Source: a virus
Taxonomy: Duplodnaviria; Caudoviricetes
Reading direction: 5' to 3' (one strand)
DNA: 37,294 nt
Virus record (IMG/VR): IMGVR_UViG_3300015200_000007
Coordinates: 1 to 37,294 of that record
Made by a program: the position numbers and the translations under genes. Position 1 is the first letter of the stretch; every line of letters starts with the position of its first letter. Of the stretch, positions 20,401-27,985 are shown piece by piece. The notes beneath the pieces were generated by a model. It made no database searches, was not told the DNA's origin, and was given only the letters and a program-made list of their open reading frames with translations.

Positions 20401-22529
20401 GCAAATTACTAACTCCAGAGGAGTTAGAGGCTATTGCATCTAATCCAGCTTTAACTAAAGCTCTGAAGGATATGGAGGAAGTCCATAATAAGATTCTTGA
20501 ATTAGCTGATTCTCTTGGATGGACCCCAGAATCTTACTCAGCTAAGTTCAAATATCCTTCAGAACGTCTGAAGAAATTCGGTCTTTTGTTCCAGGCTCCC
20601 GATGCGGATGGAACTGTATTAGGTATCCATATCCCACGTCCAGATGATATGGAGAACTCTGCCATTATGATCAACGTAATGGAGCTGTTGAATTTAGCGG
20701 AGAAGCATGGTGCTCCAATTGATCAGTTAACTACAAACCTGCTTACTACGTTGATTCACGAAATAGCCCACATACCCGGTGGCGGCCACGATAAGAATCA
20801 TTCCTATAGGGATGCTGATCTGCATTCCAAATTAGGCGGCCAATTTACCGTAGAAATGATGGATCAGTTAGGAAGGGGATTCGATGATGGATCAGGGGGA
20901 ATTAGTCCCGAAATATCAGAAGTTCTACAAATCTATAATGATTCACGCGGGAGAACCAAAGGCAAGGATGATGATCTTGTCAAAATTGGAATTAATAGCA
21001 AACGACCCCCAGATAGTCCCCGAGGACAAAAAGGCGGAACTGCTAGCGGTAACAATGGCGGGGGTCAATCTCAATCTAATAGGTTCGACCGAATCCCCCA
21101 ACCAAGACCTATCAGTGTCAGAGCCCCCAAGTCTGAAGCGAAAGTAGACAAGACTACCCCATTCGAGAAGGCTGTAGTTGGTAGTTTTAACTTCGCGCAT
21201 GGAATGAAGACCATAGGAGATCTCGGCCCGGTTCTTAGGCAGGGGAAAAACTTCGCGGGCAGACCATTCTGGTGGAAAGCTCTATGGCAGCAGTTTGGTT
21301 CCTTCGCTAGTGAGGGTAGCCACAAGAAATTCGTGGCTAAAGCAGCGAATCATGAGCTTATCAAAGCCAAGATGAAGTATGCCACTCACATTAACGGGCA
21401 GAAGGTCGGCAAGGATAAGCAGGAACCCAGATCGTGGGCTGAGTTTGCTGGCTTACACTCTGACATAAACCTTAACACCACTACTGAGGAAGTTACTGCC
21501 GGGCTGGAGCTTGCTGAGAAGTTCTTCGATAAGGCTACGTTTGGTGTGGTCAATCCTGCTAGGGCTTCTAATCGGGCATATCAGGATGCAATGGCTATCA
21601 TCAGGCTTGGTGCTGCAAACTCACTATACAGCAACTATAAGAAGCTGTATGAGAGCCTGATGAGGACTGCTAAGACTGCTGAAGAAAAAGCCTTTGCAGA
21701 GAAGCATAATCCCGACAATATCGAGCTTGCAGTCAAGATTGCAGACGAGGTAAATCAGGCTTCTGGGCGTAGTAGATTAGGCATTAAGGAGCAGTCATTC
21801 TTTAAGGGTAAGATAGCCTGGAATAAGCATGACTTTGAGCATGAGGGACTGGCTAAGGGTATTAACCTAGCTCTGTTCGCCCCGCGTTATTTGAAGTCAA
21901 ACGTAGATCAGATTATCAAGATGCTCGATCTACCCAGGAAGGCCGTTAAGGGCTTCTTTAAGGGGCCAAGTTCCGAAAGGATCATGGCTATTGAGCATGG
22001 CAAGCAGTTGCTTTCCTATGCCGGTATTACCGCTAGCTTGGCGTTCATATACGGGACTCTCTTAGGCGGAAAGAATGAGCCTGATATGCGTAGCTCTGAC
22101 TACGGTAAGTCTCGATTTGGTAAGAGAGTTACTGCGGAGTATTCTGGCGGGCTTGGTAAGTATGCGACCTTAGCGGAGAGGACTAGAACAGGGCAGTCAA
22201 AGACTAAGCGTGGTCGTGTTGTAGACTTGACTAGTGGTAATCCGATCTACGGTGACGTAGTGGATAAGTTCGAGGACTTCGCTGAGAACCAGATGTCTCC
22301 GCCGTTAGCACTGCTTATGGCATTGGCAAACCGCAAGGAAAGATACGGTCCCAAGAAGCGCGGGCTGAATCTCACTAGCCTGAATCCGTTCGAGAACACT
22401 ATCAGCAAGACACTGTTCACGCCAATGACGTATCAGAATCTCTATGAGATCATGCAAGAAGATCCAAGCTACGCGCCGTTAATCATCGGTGACGCTTTAG
22501 GCGCCGGTGTCAATGTGGAGTCAAAATGA
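17436..22529 (+). CDS. Large internal virion (polyvalent) protein: Pro-rich N-terminus, GHKL/HATPase domain, HExxH metallopeptidase-like domain, helical C-terminus
   Basis: 1697 aa, last large gene of the virion arm. Motifs: KELLQNAFD, VRDRGRG, SGGFGFAK, TGLEV and LIHEIAHIPGGGH. Confidence 0.85.
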   Translation: MPQLPSIFDDPALKPKKRESAFDPAFEPEGSFDPAFEPEETRTGKTNQNRVGTLAPSHSDPVPLVPSHEPEPTTWTGQFLRDHPGVDSALFGPNKQNSPDLWQQRFEGLDHDARFRRLKQTNPQLAYEIQNNPNLVGDDWLNIPGVQESANWLADQIPFQQDDQIAANAAWLTRTAGGLLAGSADPRAVGVRPNPKGEMFTGGIPNEAKFAGTNMRPPGVSNIPRITGPIGYSGEGALTSVTPRIPPPGGLEAPRRFLSGPGGAQEIRGVLPPLAPTINNPTQFNVDAPLDPIEGEPPIIQGQPEWGSTIAGSDARLNRPVYYTPEERAAIDESNKARFPTIAPPRPVMPPSPLEPTPGGLVFGKPAGGEQLTLPVEPPVLQAPPQAPTQAPPSPVIEPPVSALPARNPEPFLPRLNPVQQEPEPAIEPPTLAPDAPIAPSFNLRPDRPSSLPVAPPQTEKPRVRRTAQGDVIDPKTGEVLNVRGPGEDFEGQFPQESRSNPKRAFRSNTMRPDLGFDSEKGASAVGVGMRNLKERMAAADAQLQRARDMGIDLDSIVYEPKSGGGSHEAYLDAVAQAMYDKKQGNKPQEMRVPKYKEGNTGLDNVAMGGANRRTLDVLGSSLYTRPRSVTTVKELLQNAFDEHKEFGIEEPVRVLIDSDASNPITDGGDRGKSITVRDRGRGLMPEEIYTVLTNIGETGKAGVESASGGFGFAKAAPFLGGKWAKVTSVVDTPKGRKRFTFEGTPERLKPAEVVEETRGVPLNEESVGNEVPTGLEVTTWYDRSTQSFYEAANWAKNMTENSPSAQSGILLAQDYGVHPEHARKWLDETHENPIKPTDYNYIKGIERVHKPKPLPELVDTIDTPGAKVNIHYGITPKEEHVSAKVHKMNKGMYQGTDELSYGAPTENVPGSIVADIIATVEEGHDDYPFGANREQIQDKVTDAINKWVRENIITGVTKKRVAAVQRQYDNIAEFHPNGETELTYLDDGKLLTPEELEAIASNPALTKALKDMEEVHNKILELADSLGWTPESYSAKFKYPSERLKKFGLLFQAPDADGTVLGIHIPRPDDMENSAIMINVMELLNLAEKHGAPIDQLTTNLLTTLIHEIAHIPGGGHDKNHSYRDADLHSKLGGQFTVEMMDQLGRGFDDGSGGISPEISEVLQIYNDSRGRTKGKDDDLVKIGINSKRPPDSPRGQKGGTASGNNGGGQSQSNRFDRIPQPRPISVRAPKSEAKVDKTTPFEKAVVGSFNFAHGMKTIGDLGPVLRQGKNFAGRPFWWKALWQQFGSFASEGSHKKFVAKAANHELIKAKMKYATHINGQKVGKDKQEPRSWAEFAGLHSDINLNTTTEEVTAGLELAEKFFDKATFGVVNPARASNRAYQDAMAIIRLGAANSLYSNYKKLYESLMRTAKTAEEKAFAEKHNPDNIELAVKIADEVNQASGRSRLGIKEQSFFKGKIAWNKHDFEHEGLAKGINLALFAPRYLKSNVDQIIKMLDLPRKAVKGFFKGPSSERIMAIEHGKQLLSYAGITASLAFIYGTLLGGKNEPDMRSSDYGKSRFGKRVTAEYSGGLGKYATLAERTRTGQSKTKRGRVVDLTSGNPIYGDVVDKFEDFAENQMSPPLALLMALANRKERYGPKKRGLNLTSLNPFENTISKTLFTPMTYQNLYEIMQEDPSYAPLIIGDALGAGVNVESK
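17496..17552 (+). repeat. In-frame tandem duplication encoding (A/S)FDPAFEPE twice
   Basis: tttgatcctgcatttgaacctgaa and tttgatcctgctttcgagcctgaa, 30 nt apart. Confidence 0.8.
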
Positions 22530-22708
22530 GCTTAATCAGTCTGGTCGTAGTCTTAGTAGTGATAGGGTTATGCCTGTATCTGGTTGAGACATACATTCCC
22601 CTATCACCACCTATCACGATGATTATCCGAGTAATTGTAGTCCTGTTCTTGATCGTCTGGCTGCTACAAGTATTCGGTATAACCGGGCCTACGCTTAGGC
22701 TTAATTAA
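22526..22708 (+). CDS. Two-TM small membrane protein (Thivi_2564-like; holin candidate)
   Basis: 60 aa, two hydrophobic helices separated by YIPLSPPI, ATGA overlap. Confidence 0.75.
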   Translation: MSLISLVVVLVVIGLCLYLVETYIPLSPPITMIIRVIVVLFLIVWLLQVFGITGPTLRLN

Positions 22709-22934
22709 TCGGGCTGGGCTTTACTTCAGCCGGTCGATTTTGCATGGTGCCTGCCACTAGATCATTGAGGATCATAGAACAGGCACCAACTGCAGCGAGT
22801 CCAGCCCCGATATTCTTTGGACCCATAAGGATTACTGTGATTCCGGCTTCATTGCCCAGCATCATCAAACCGATGTCCCGGGTTTCACAGTAATCCTTCA
22901 ACGCTTGCATGATTTCTTCGGGCGGCTGTGGCAT
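22701..22934 (-). CDS. Hypothetical protein
   Basis: 77 aa, TAATG-coupled to the upstream gene, GAGGA SD. Confidence 0.7.
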   Translation of the reverse strand: MPQPPEEIMQALKDYCETRDIGLMMLGNEAGITVILMGPKNIGAGLAAVGACSMILNDLVAGTMQNRPAEVKPSPIN

Positions 22935-24175
22935 TAGTCCTCTGGCTCCTTAGCGAAGTTGAGATACTTCTCGATTACCCAACGTTTTAGCTTATAGAAT
23001 TCGTCCTTACCACAACGACGAATATCTACAGCGTCCTTCTGGATCAAAGTTTCCTTGATCCGATCCAAATCAAAGGCGTCTAAATCACCCCAGAATTTCT
23101 GCAGAATTCTGCGGCGCGATAACTCATGGCCTTTGGTATTAAGCAACTCCTGCAGAATTGTTGCAGTCTGGTCGGCGAAGGCCGAAGTTCCAGAAGGCAA
23201 CATGGCACGGTTGACATTACCGGCTAGTTCATTACAAGCTTCAACTGCGTCTTCTATGTCGTCCTTATTAAGAATCAGCGTTTGATTCTTAGTGAGGGAC
23301 AACAGCATTGCGACCTTAAGAACGTGGTCGTGAAGTCTGTCTAGTGTGCCAGTTTTGTCCTCGAATTCTGCATTGTTGAGCTTTATATACCAATCGTCGT
23401 AGTAGTCTTTTGCCTCTGGATGGAAACGAAATCGTCCTCGAATGTTGGAGACTTCGATTAGATGCTTAGATAGTTCCTTGTAGTCTAATGCCTCTACCTC
23501 GTCGGCCTCAGTTTCTTCGTCTTCGTCATAGATATCGTCTGTGAGTGGATTAAGTTTGCCTTTCTTGTCTGCGTAGATGATATAGGACCGGCCTATAAAT
23601 CCACCGTTAATATCTGACTTAGAGATTTTCTCTTTGAGATGTGTAGGATTCGACCCGCCAAGAAGCACAGCATAGATATCACTAAGCTTAGAAGAAGTGC
23701 CTTCAGCGTTCTTGAGAAGATACTGCCAGTCTCCAGTAAAATCTCCGTCATACAGATCAGTAAGAGTAACGAGTGCATCAGGATCTCCGATCAAACTAGA
23801 GCGAAACTCCGATGCACATAGGAAGAACGCCGCATCATCCCGAACCTTGCCCGATTCGGTGGTGTATGTTGTTGCAATCTCCTTAAGGATTCCCTGGATG
23901 GAGCTACGCCCAACGATCAGTCGTGTATTGTCTACTTCTTTGACAAGCTTCCGGGCCATTTTAATCGGGACTCCTTTGCGGAGTCCGGATTTAGCAACTA
24001 GAAACACGTATATATTTGGATATAACGTGTATGCCGTTGACTTGCCCGATTTCTTCCTAAGGTAAACGTTACGCTTCGTAATCGCTGATAATGCCGCGAG
24101 AGCACTCCAATAGAAGAATTTAGGCGGGCTCTCGAATTCTCTCGTGGCTTTCAGTATGTCATCAAGCCATGACAT
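22934..24175 (-). CDS. DUF3987/YfjI-like P-loop protein (MCM-like replicative helicase candidate) with C-terminal wHTH-like region
   Basis: ESP..F..W...LYPNIYVFLVAKSGLRKG (degenerate Walker A), ASEF (Walker B-like), LTDLYDG, GGFIGR (Arg finger-like), RLHDHVLKVAMLLS. Confidence 0.7.
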   Translation of the reverse strand: MSWLDDILKATREFESPPKFFYWSALAALSAITKRNVYLRKKSGKSTAYTLYPNIYVFLVAKSGLRKGVPIKMARKLVKEVDNTRLIVGRSSIQGILKEIATTYTTESGKVRDDAAFFLCASEFRSSLIGDPDALVTLTDLYDGDFTGDWQYLLKNAEGTSSKLSDIYAVLLGGSNPTHLKEKISKSDINGGFIGRSYIIYADKKGKLNPLTDDIYDEDEETEADEVEALDYKELSKHLIEVSNIRGRFRFHPEAKDYYDDWYIKLNNAEFEDKTGTLDRLHDHVLKVAMLLSLTKNQTLILNKDDIEDAVEACNELAGNVNRAMLPSGTSAFADQTATILQELLNTKGHELSRRRILQKFWGDLDAFDLDRIKETLIQKDAVDIRRCGKDEFYKLKRWVIEKYLNFAKEPED

Positions 24176-24182
24176 CGCAAGT

Positions 24183-24509
24183 TCAGGGAATCTGAACGAT
24201 GTATACGATCCGGTCGAGTGGCGTGGTCTTCCTATCGCTCACATAGTGAAAGAGCGAACCATCCTTGACCCGGAATTGCACCTTATTGGTAGCCTTGAAT
24301 CGCTGTAGAAATTCAACGGCTTGATCGGACTCATCAGTGTTGGAATCCAGCTTGATCTGAATGGCTGCAATACCAATCTTATCCGGGACTGAAGCCATCT
24401 TACTCAGAAACTCGAAGATGATCGGAACGACCACGTTAACGTCGGTCGATGCCAATACACCCTTGGGCTTCGGAAGTTCCTCGCCGTCAGCTACGTATTC
24501 AAACGTCAT
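24183..24509 (-). CDS. Hypothetical protein
   Basis: 108-aa ORF abutting the polymerase stop. Confidence 0.7.
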   Translation of the reverse strand: MTFEYVADGEELPKPKGVLASTDVNVVVPIIFEFLSKMASVPDKIGIAAIQIKLDSNTDESDQAVEFLQRFKATNKVQFRVKDGSLFHYVSDRKTTPLDRIVYIVQIP

Positions 24510-27020
24510 CTAGACCCCCTTAAGTTTGACAAGATCCTTGTAGTTCTTTTCACCAATAGAGAAATCAGCCGGGATGACCAAGCGATAGTCTCGCGGCAAT
24601 GAGCAATCCGAGAAGTCTATTGATCGTTCGAGTTCTTCTCGAAAGATTCTAGCATGGAGATCAACTTCTTGTTTCGGGACCAAAGCCAGAAGTGCATCGT
24701 GGCCTTCCAGAACAAATCTAATACCATGTATGCGGTTAGAAATTCGTATCCCTGCGAACTTGGTCTGGTTAGAAATAGTATGCTGAGGGATATCAGCAAG
24801 AGCAGATTTGAGTAGCTCAGAATTGTAACGCTCAAAGAATTGCCTCCTACGTCCAACCCGCATACGATCCCCACGGGGATCAATTAACCGGGGTCCGACC
24901 AAGGTGCGAGTGTTGGCTATAAGTTCATCGATTCCTTGGTGGAAGACCGATCTAATATTCGGATTTGCTCCGTGGAAGGCTTCCAAATACTGACCTGCTT
25001 TCCATTCGGAAATCGCAAGATCAATTCCGTATTTCTTAGCGTCTGTATTGACGCTCTCCATGACTTGGTGTTTTCCAGCACCAAGGTGCCCTGCGTGTCG
25101 AATAGTTTTACCGATAAATCTACGCGGGTCTTCTTTACTAAGTGTTGTTTTACAGGCATAGACCTCCGGCAGTTCCTTGAAGAAAATCTTGGCAGTCTTC
25201 CAGTGCATATCAAATGCAGGATCATCAAGAGACTTCAGTGTTTCCCACTCCTGAGCTAAGACGAATACTACTCTGGCCTCGGCTTGCGATAAGTCCGCGT
25301 TTAGAAAAACATACCCGTCATCTGGGACGAACATTTCGCAAATATCGGCACCAATATCGCCATGCTTAGTAAGAGTTTGAAACCCCAGGCCCATTGATTT
25401 TTCGGGCCGGACAGGAGCAGATATGTTACTAGTGCTAGTGCGATCAGTTGTAGCACCAGTAATGTTATAACTAGTTCGCATCCGCCCGTCATAGTCAGAC
25501 TTTGCTGTGACATAGGTTGAAATGGTCTTGCGAATCTTGCGCTCGTCAAGAATGTTCTGCGCTACAGACTTCTGTTTCGGAGTCTTAGCGTGGTTGCCGA
25601 GCAGCGCGGTTATAGTTTCTTCGTCGGCGACCAGTAAGGGCTTAGGGGAGTTTGCAGTTCCGCGTTTGAATCTATAAGGAAATTTGAGATCTTGATACAA
25701 GCACTTAGTAACTTGAGGGTTGCTATTAACATTGAGCTCATAACCAAGAACTTCATGAGTCGCAGCGTGGATTTGCTCATATAGCATCAAGTATTTGTCA
25801 AGTAGTTGTTCACGGACTTTCTCATCGACCTTGAAGCCAACGCGCTCCATATCGAGATAGAACCTATGCCGGGGAATCATGCACGAAAAGTAGTATTCCT
25901 CAAGGTCAAGCTCACGAGCTTCGGCAAGCATGTTCTCATGTAGTTCGCCAGTCACAGCCGCGTCACGACCGTTATAGATTAGAAGCTTCTCGAACGACTC
26001 ACGCTGCGATTTCTTACCCGAGAAAAAGTCCTTACCGTCATCCTTCCAGAATGGTTCCTTGGTATAGATTGATGCGAGGAATGCCAGAGACTTACTAGGC
26101 ATTTCAGGGTTAATCGTGTGGGCAAGGAGCATCGTATCGCCCCAGAGTTTCACACGAAAGCCTAATCGATAAATCTTGTCTTCGTCGTATTTGAAATTCT
26201 GACCGATGATTCTGGAGTCGTGGAGCACTTCGGCAAGATCTTTCCAAATGTATGCGAGTTCCGTTCCAGAAATGCCTTCATAGTTGATGGCGGAAAGGCG
26301 ATTGAATAGTGGAATACTAATAGCTTCGTGTGGTGAATAGGATATCCCAATACAGATTGGAATACATCGTAGTGCTTCAATATCAACTGATAGAGGTCGC
26401 GATCGATCTGATCTATCAATGAATCGCTGGAGGTCAATAGAAGATCGGCAGATTTCAATGGAACGCTCAGGGAGTCTAAAATCTGGGTAGTTACTCTCCT
26501 CAAGGGCTCGTTTGAGGTCGAGTCGGATTGTTTGTTTGTGGGCATACTTAAACATCCCCGCTGTTTGTTGTTCGTCGTTGTTAATCCTTACCAGATTAGC
26601 CGGGTGAAAGGTGGCTAGAACCTTTGGCTGAGGATTGTATACACACTTAAGAATGCTACCGCGATATTTATTAATGCCAGTGTGCCCAGTAAGAGCTTGA
26701 AGCGCCTTGTCTCCGAGCGCAATAATAATGTTCGGGCTGACACTATTGATCTCAGCTCCGAGTAAGGCGTGTTGCGACTCCAAAGACGGTTCATCAATGG
26801 AGAACTTAGTATAGTCGTTATTAGGAGGACGATACTTACGAACGTTAGTAACATAACAACGACTAAGGTCGATTCCAACCTCATCGCATAAGATTCCAAG
26901 GACTTCTCCTGAATCACCAACGAATGGACGACGCATTTCGTCTTCATGCTTGCCGGGAGCTTCCCCAACAAACATAATCTTAGCGCCACGAGGTCCGGTT
27001 CCCGGAACGAAGTTAGCCAT
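24510..27020 (-). CDS. polA: Family A DNA polymerase with N-terminal family-4-like uracil-DNA glycosylase domain and 3'-5' exonuclease
   Basis: UDG motifs VGEAPG..ED...PFVG.SG and TFHPA. Exo motifs VDIE, QNFKYD, YNGRDA. Pol motifs DLSQAEAR, R..GK.IRHAGHLG, GHDAL. Confidence 0.93.
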   Translation of the reverse strand: MANFVPGTGPRGAKIMFVGEAPGKHEDEMRRPFVGDSGEVLGILCDEVGIDLSRCYVTNVRKYRPPNNDYTKFSIDEPSLESQHALLGAEINSVSPNIIIALGDKALQALTGHTGINKYRGSILKCVYNPQPKVLATFHPANLVRINNDEQQTAGMFKYAHKQTIRLDLKRALEESNYPDFRLPERSIEICRSSIDLQRFIDRSDRSRPLSVDIEALRCIPICIGISYSPHEAISIPLFNRLSAINYEGISGTELAYIWKDLAEVLHDSRIIGQNFKYDEDKIYRLGFRVKLWGDTMLLAHTINPEMPSKSLAFLASIYTKEPFWKDDGKDFFSGKKSQRESFEKLLIYNGRDAAVTGELHENMLAEARELDLEEYYFSCMIPRHRFYLDMERVGFKVDEKVREQLLDKYLMLYEQIHAATHEVLGYELNVNSNPQVTKCLYQDLKFPYRFKRGTANSPKPLLVADEETITALLGNHAKTPKQKSVAQNILDERKIRKTISTYVTAKSDYDGRMRTSYNITGATTDRTSTSNISAPVRPEKSMGLGFQTLTKHGDIGADICEMFVPDDGYVFLNADLSQAEARVVFVLAQEWETLKSLDDPAFDMHWKTAKIFFKELPEVYACKTTLSKEDPRRFIGKTIRHAGHLGAGKHQVMESVNTDAKKYGIDLAISEWKAGQYLEAFHGANPNIRSVFHQGIDELIANTRTLVGPRLIDPRGDRMRVGRRRQFFERYNSELLKSALADIPQHTISNQTKFAGIRISNRIHGIRFVLEGHDALLALVPKQEVDLHARIFREELERSIDFSDCSLPRDYRLVIPADFSIGEKNYKDLVKLKGV

Positions 27021-27040
27021 ATAGAAATGTGGCGGGAGAA

Positions 27041-27058
27041 GGGGGACCGAAGTCCCCC
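27041..27058 (-). promoter_or_regulatory. cUUCGg tetraloop hairpin 20 nt upstream of the polymerase start
   Basis: Minus strand GGGGGAC-TTCG-GTCCCCC, followed only by TTCT (weak U-tract). Confidence 0.65.
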
Positions 27059-27066
27059 CTCATACC

Positions 27067-27240
27067 CTACTCTACCGGCTCTACCTTGTCCTCGTTATCG
27101 TCATCGTCTTCATCGTCTTCGAGTTCGACGGTATCGTCCTCGAATTCGTCGTCATCGTCATCCTCGATAACGTTAACGGTTTCGTCATCGTTCTCACCGT
27201 TCGGTTCGTCAGTGGGATCTACTTCGTCCTGAAGATACAT
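27067..27240 (-). CDS. 57-aa hyper-acidic microprotein (not in the ORF track)
   Basis: MYLQDEVDPTDEPNGENDDETVNVIEDDDDDEFEDDTVELEDDEDDDDNEDKVEPVE*. AGGAG SD 5 nt upstream of the ATG. Confidence 0.8.
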   Translation of the reverse strand: MYLQDEVDPTDEPNGENDDETVNVIEDDDDDEFEDDTVELEDDEDDDDNEDKVEPVE

Positions 27241-27248
27241 GTGTTCTC

Positions 27249-27476
27249 CTAAACCAGACCATTAAGGTAGATGGCCTGCTCTACCTGCAAACGAAAGTCA
27301 CGCATCGTCGCAAGCGCACGCTCGCGATCTGCACCAATGGGAACCCGATCAAGAACCTTATTACCGATCTCGATCAGGAGTGCGCGGATCTCGTTGATTA
27401 CTTTCTGCTGCTCGGCGTTGGGCTGGTGATACGTGAGGGAATCCTGCAGATTTTCCTTCGTGATCTGTCCCGGCAT
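27249..27476 (-). CDS. Acb2/Tad1-like helical-hairpin protein (divergent copy)
   Basis: LTYHQP..EQ....NEIR......VP.GADRERAL..M.......QAI pattern, GGGAG SD. Confidence 0.65.
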   Translation of the reverse strand: MPGQITKENLQDSLTYHQPNAEQQKVINEIRALLIEIGNKVLDRVPIGADRERALATMRDFRLQVEQAIYLNGLV

Positions 27477-27876
27477 AGTTTAATCTCCCTAAAGCTGATG
27501 GATCGTTAGTCTGGTTCTCGTAGGCAATTCGTGCTTTTTCCGAAGCCTGTGGATCTGGATACTGTGGGTTATGTGCCCGCATGTAGGCGCACTTCCAAAG
27601 AATGACATACGTAGCAATATCATCAAAGGAATCTTCGATAGACTCGAAGTTGGGCAGGCCGGTCTTAGACAATAGAACGCTTAACCGGGCCAGTTTAGTC
27701 GCGATAGGCCATACGAAAGTCTTGTCGGCGTTGTTCCTGAACAGTTCAATGGCAGTTTCGGTGAAGACAAAGTTCGAGAACGGATCTTTATCCGTAGCGT
27801 AATCTTGATTCTTCGCTTCGTGTAGTGTTGCGATCTTCGCTAACGTAGCGTGAAACTCTGGAATTCTTGGTGGCAT
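27361..27876 (-). CDS. Nucleotide-modification-associated domain 1 (DUF1599-like, all-alpha) protein
   Basis: True start at ATG 27876 after a GGAG SD. Motif KNQDY...PFSNF...KLARL...ESIEDSFDDIATY. Confidence 0.7.
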   Translation of the reverse strand: MPPRIPEFHATLAKIATLHEAKNQDYATDKDPFSNFVFTETAIELFRNNADKTFVWPIATKLARLSVLLSKTGLPNFESIEDSFDDIATYVILWKCAYMRAHNPQYPDPQASEKARIAYENQTNDPSALGRLNYAGTDHEGKSAGFPHVSPAQRRAAESNQRDPRTPDRDR

Positions 27877-27887
27877 TTGTTCTCCAA

Positions 27888-27980
27888 TGGTGCGGGTGGA
27901 GGGAGTCGAACCCTCAAAATGTTGATAAGACATTTGACGGATTTTAAGTCCGCTGTGTATGCCAGTTCCACCACACCCGC
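27888..27980 (-). tRNA. trnL: tRNA-Leu (anticodon TAA), CCA encoded
   Basis: GCGGGTG acceptor stem, TGGTGGAACTGGCATACAC D region, GCGGA-CT-TAA-AA-TCCGT anticodon arm, long variable arm, GAGGG-TTCGACT-CCCTC T arm, CACCCGC-A-CCA end. Confidence 0.95.
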
Positions 27981-27985
27981 ATAAA

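Noticed and set aside
208-21325. Numerous 60-180-aa alternative-frame and antisense ORFs within the virion arm
   Set aside because: They are fully nested in longer, motif-bearing genes and have no SD or recognisable features.
27029-27232. Ser-rich + strand ORF, and the His/Arg-rich ORF 26946-27170
   Set aside because: Both are antisense shadows of the acidic minus-strand gene, which has the SD and the operon orientation.
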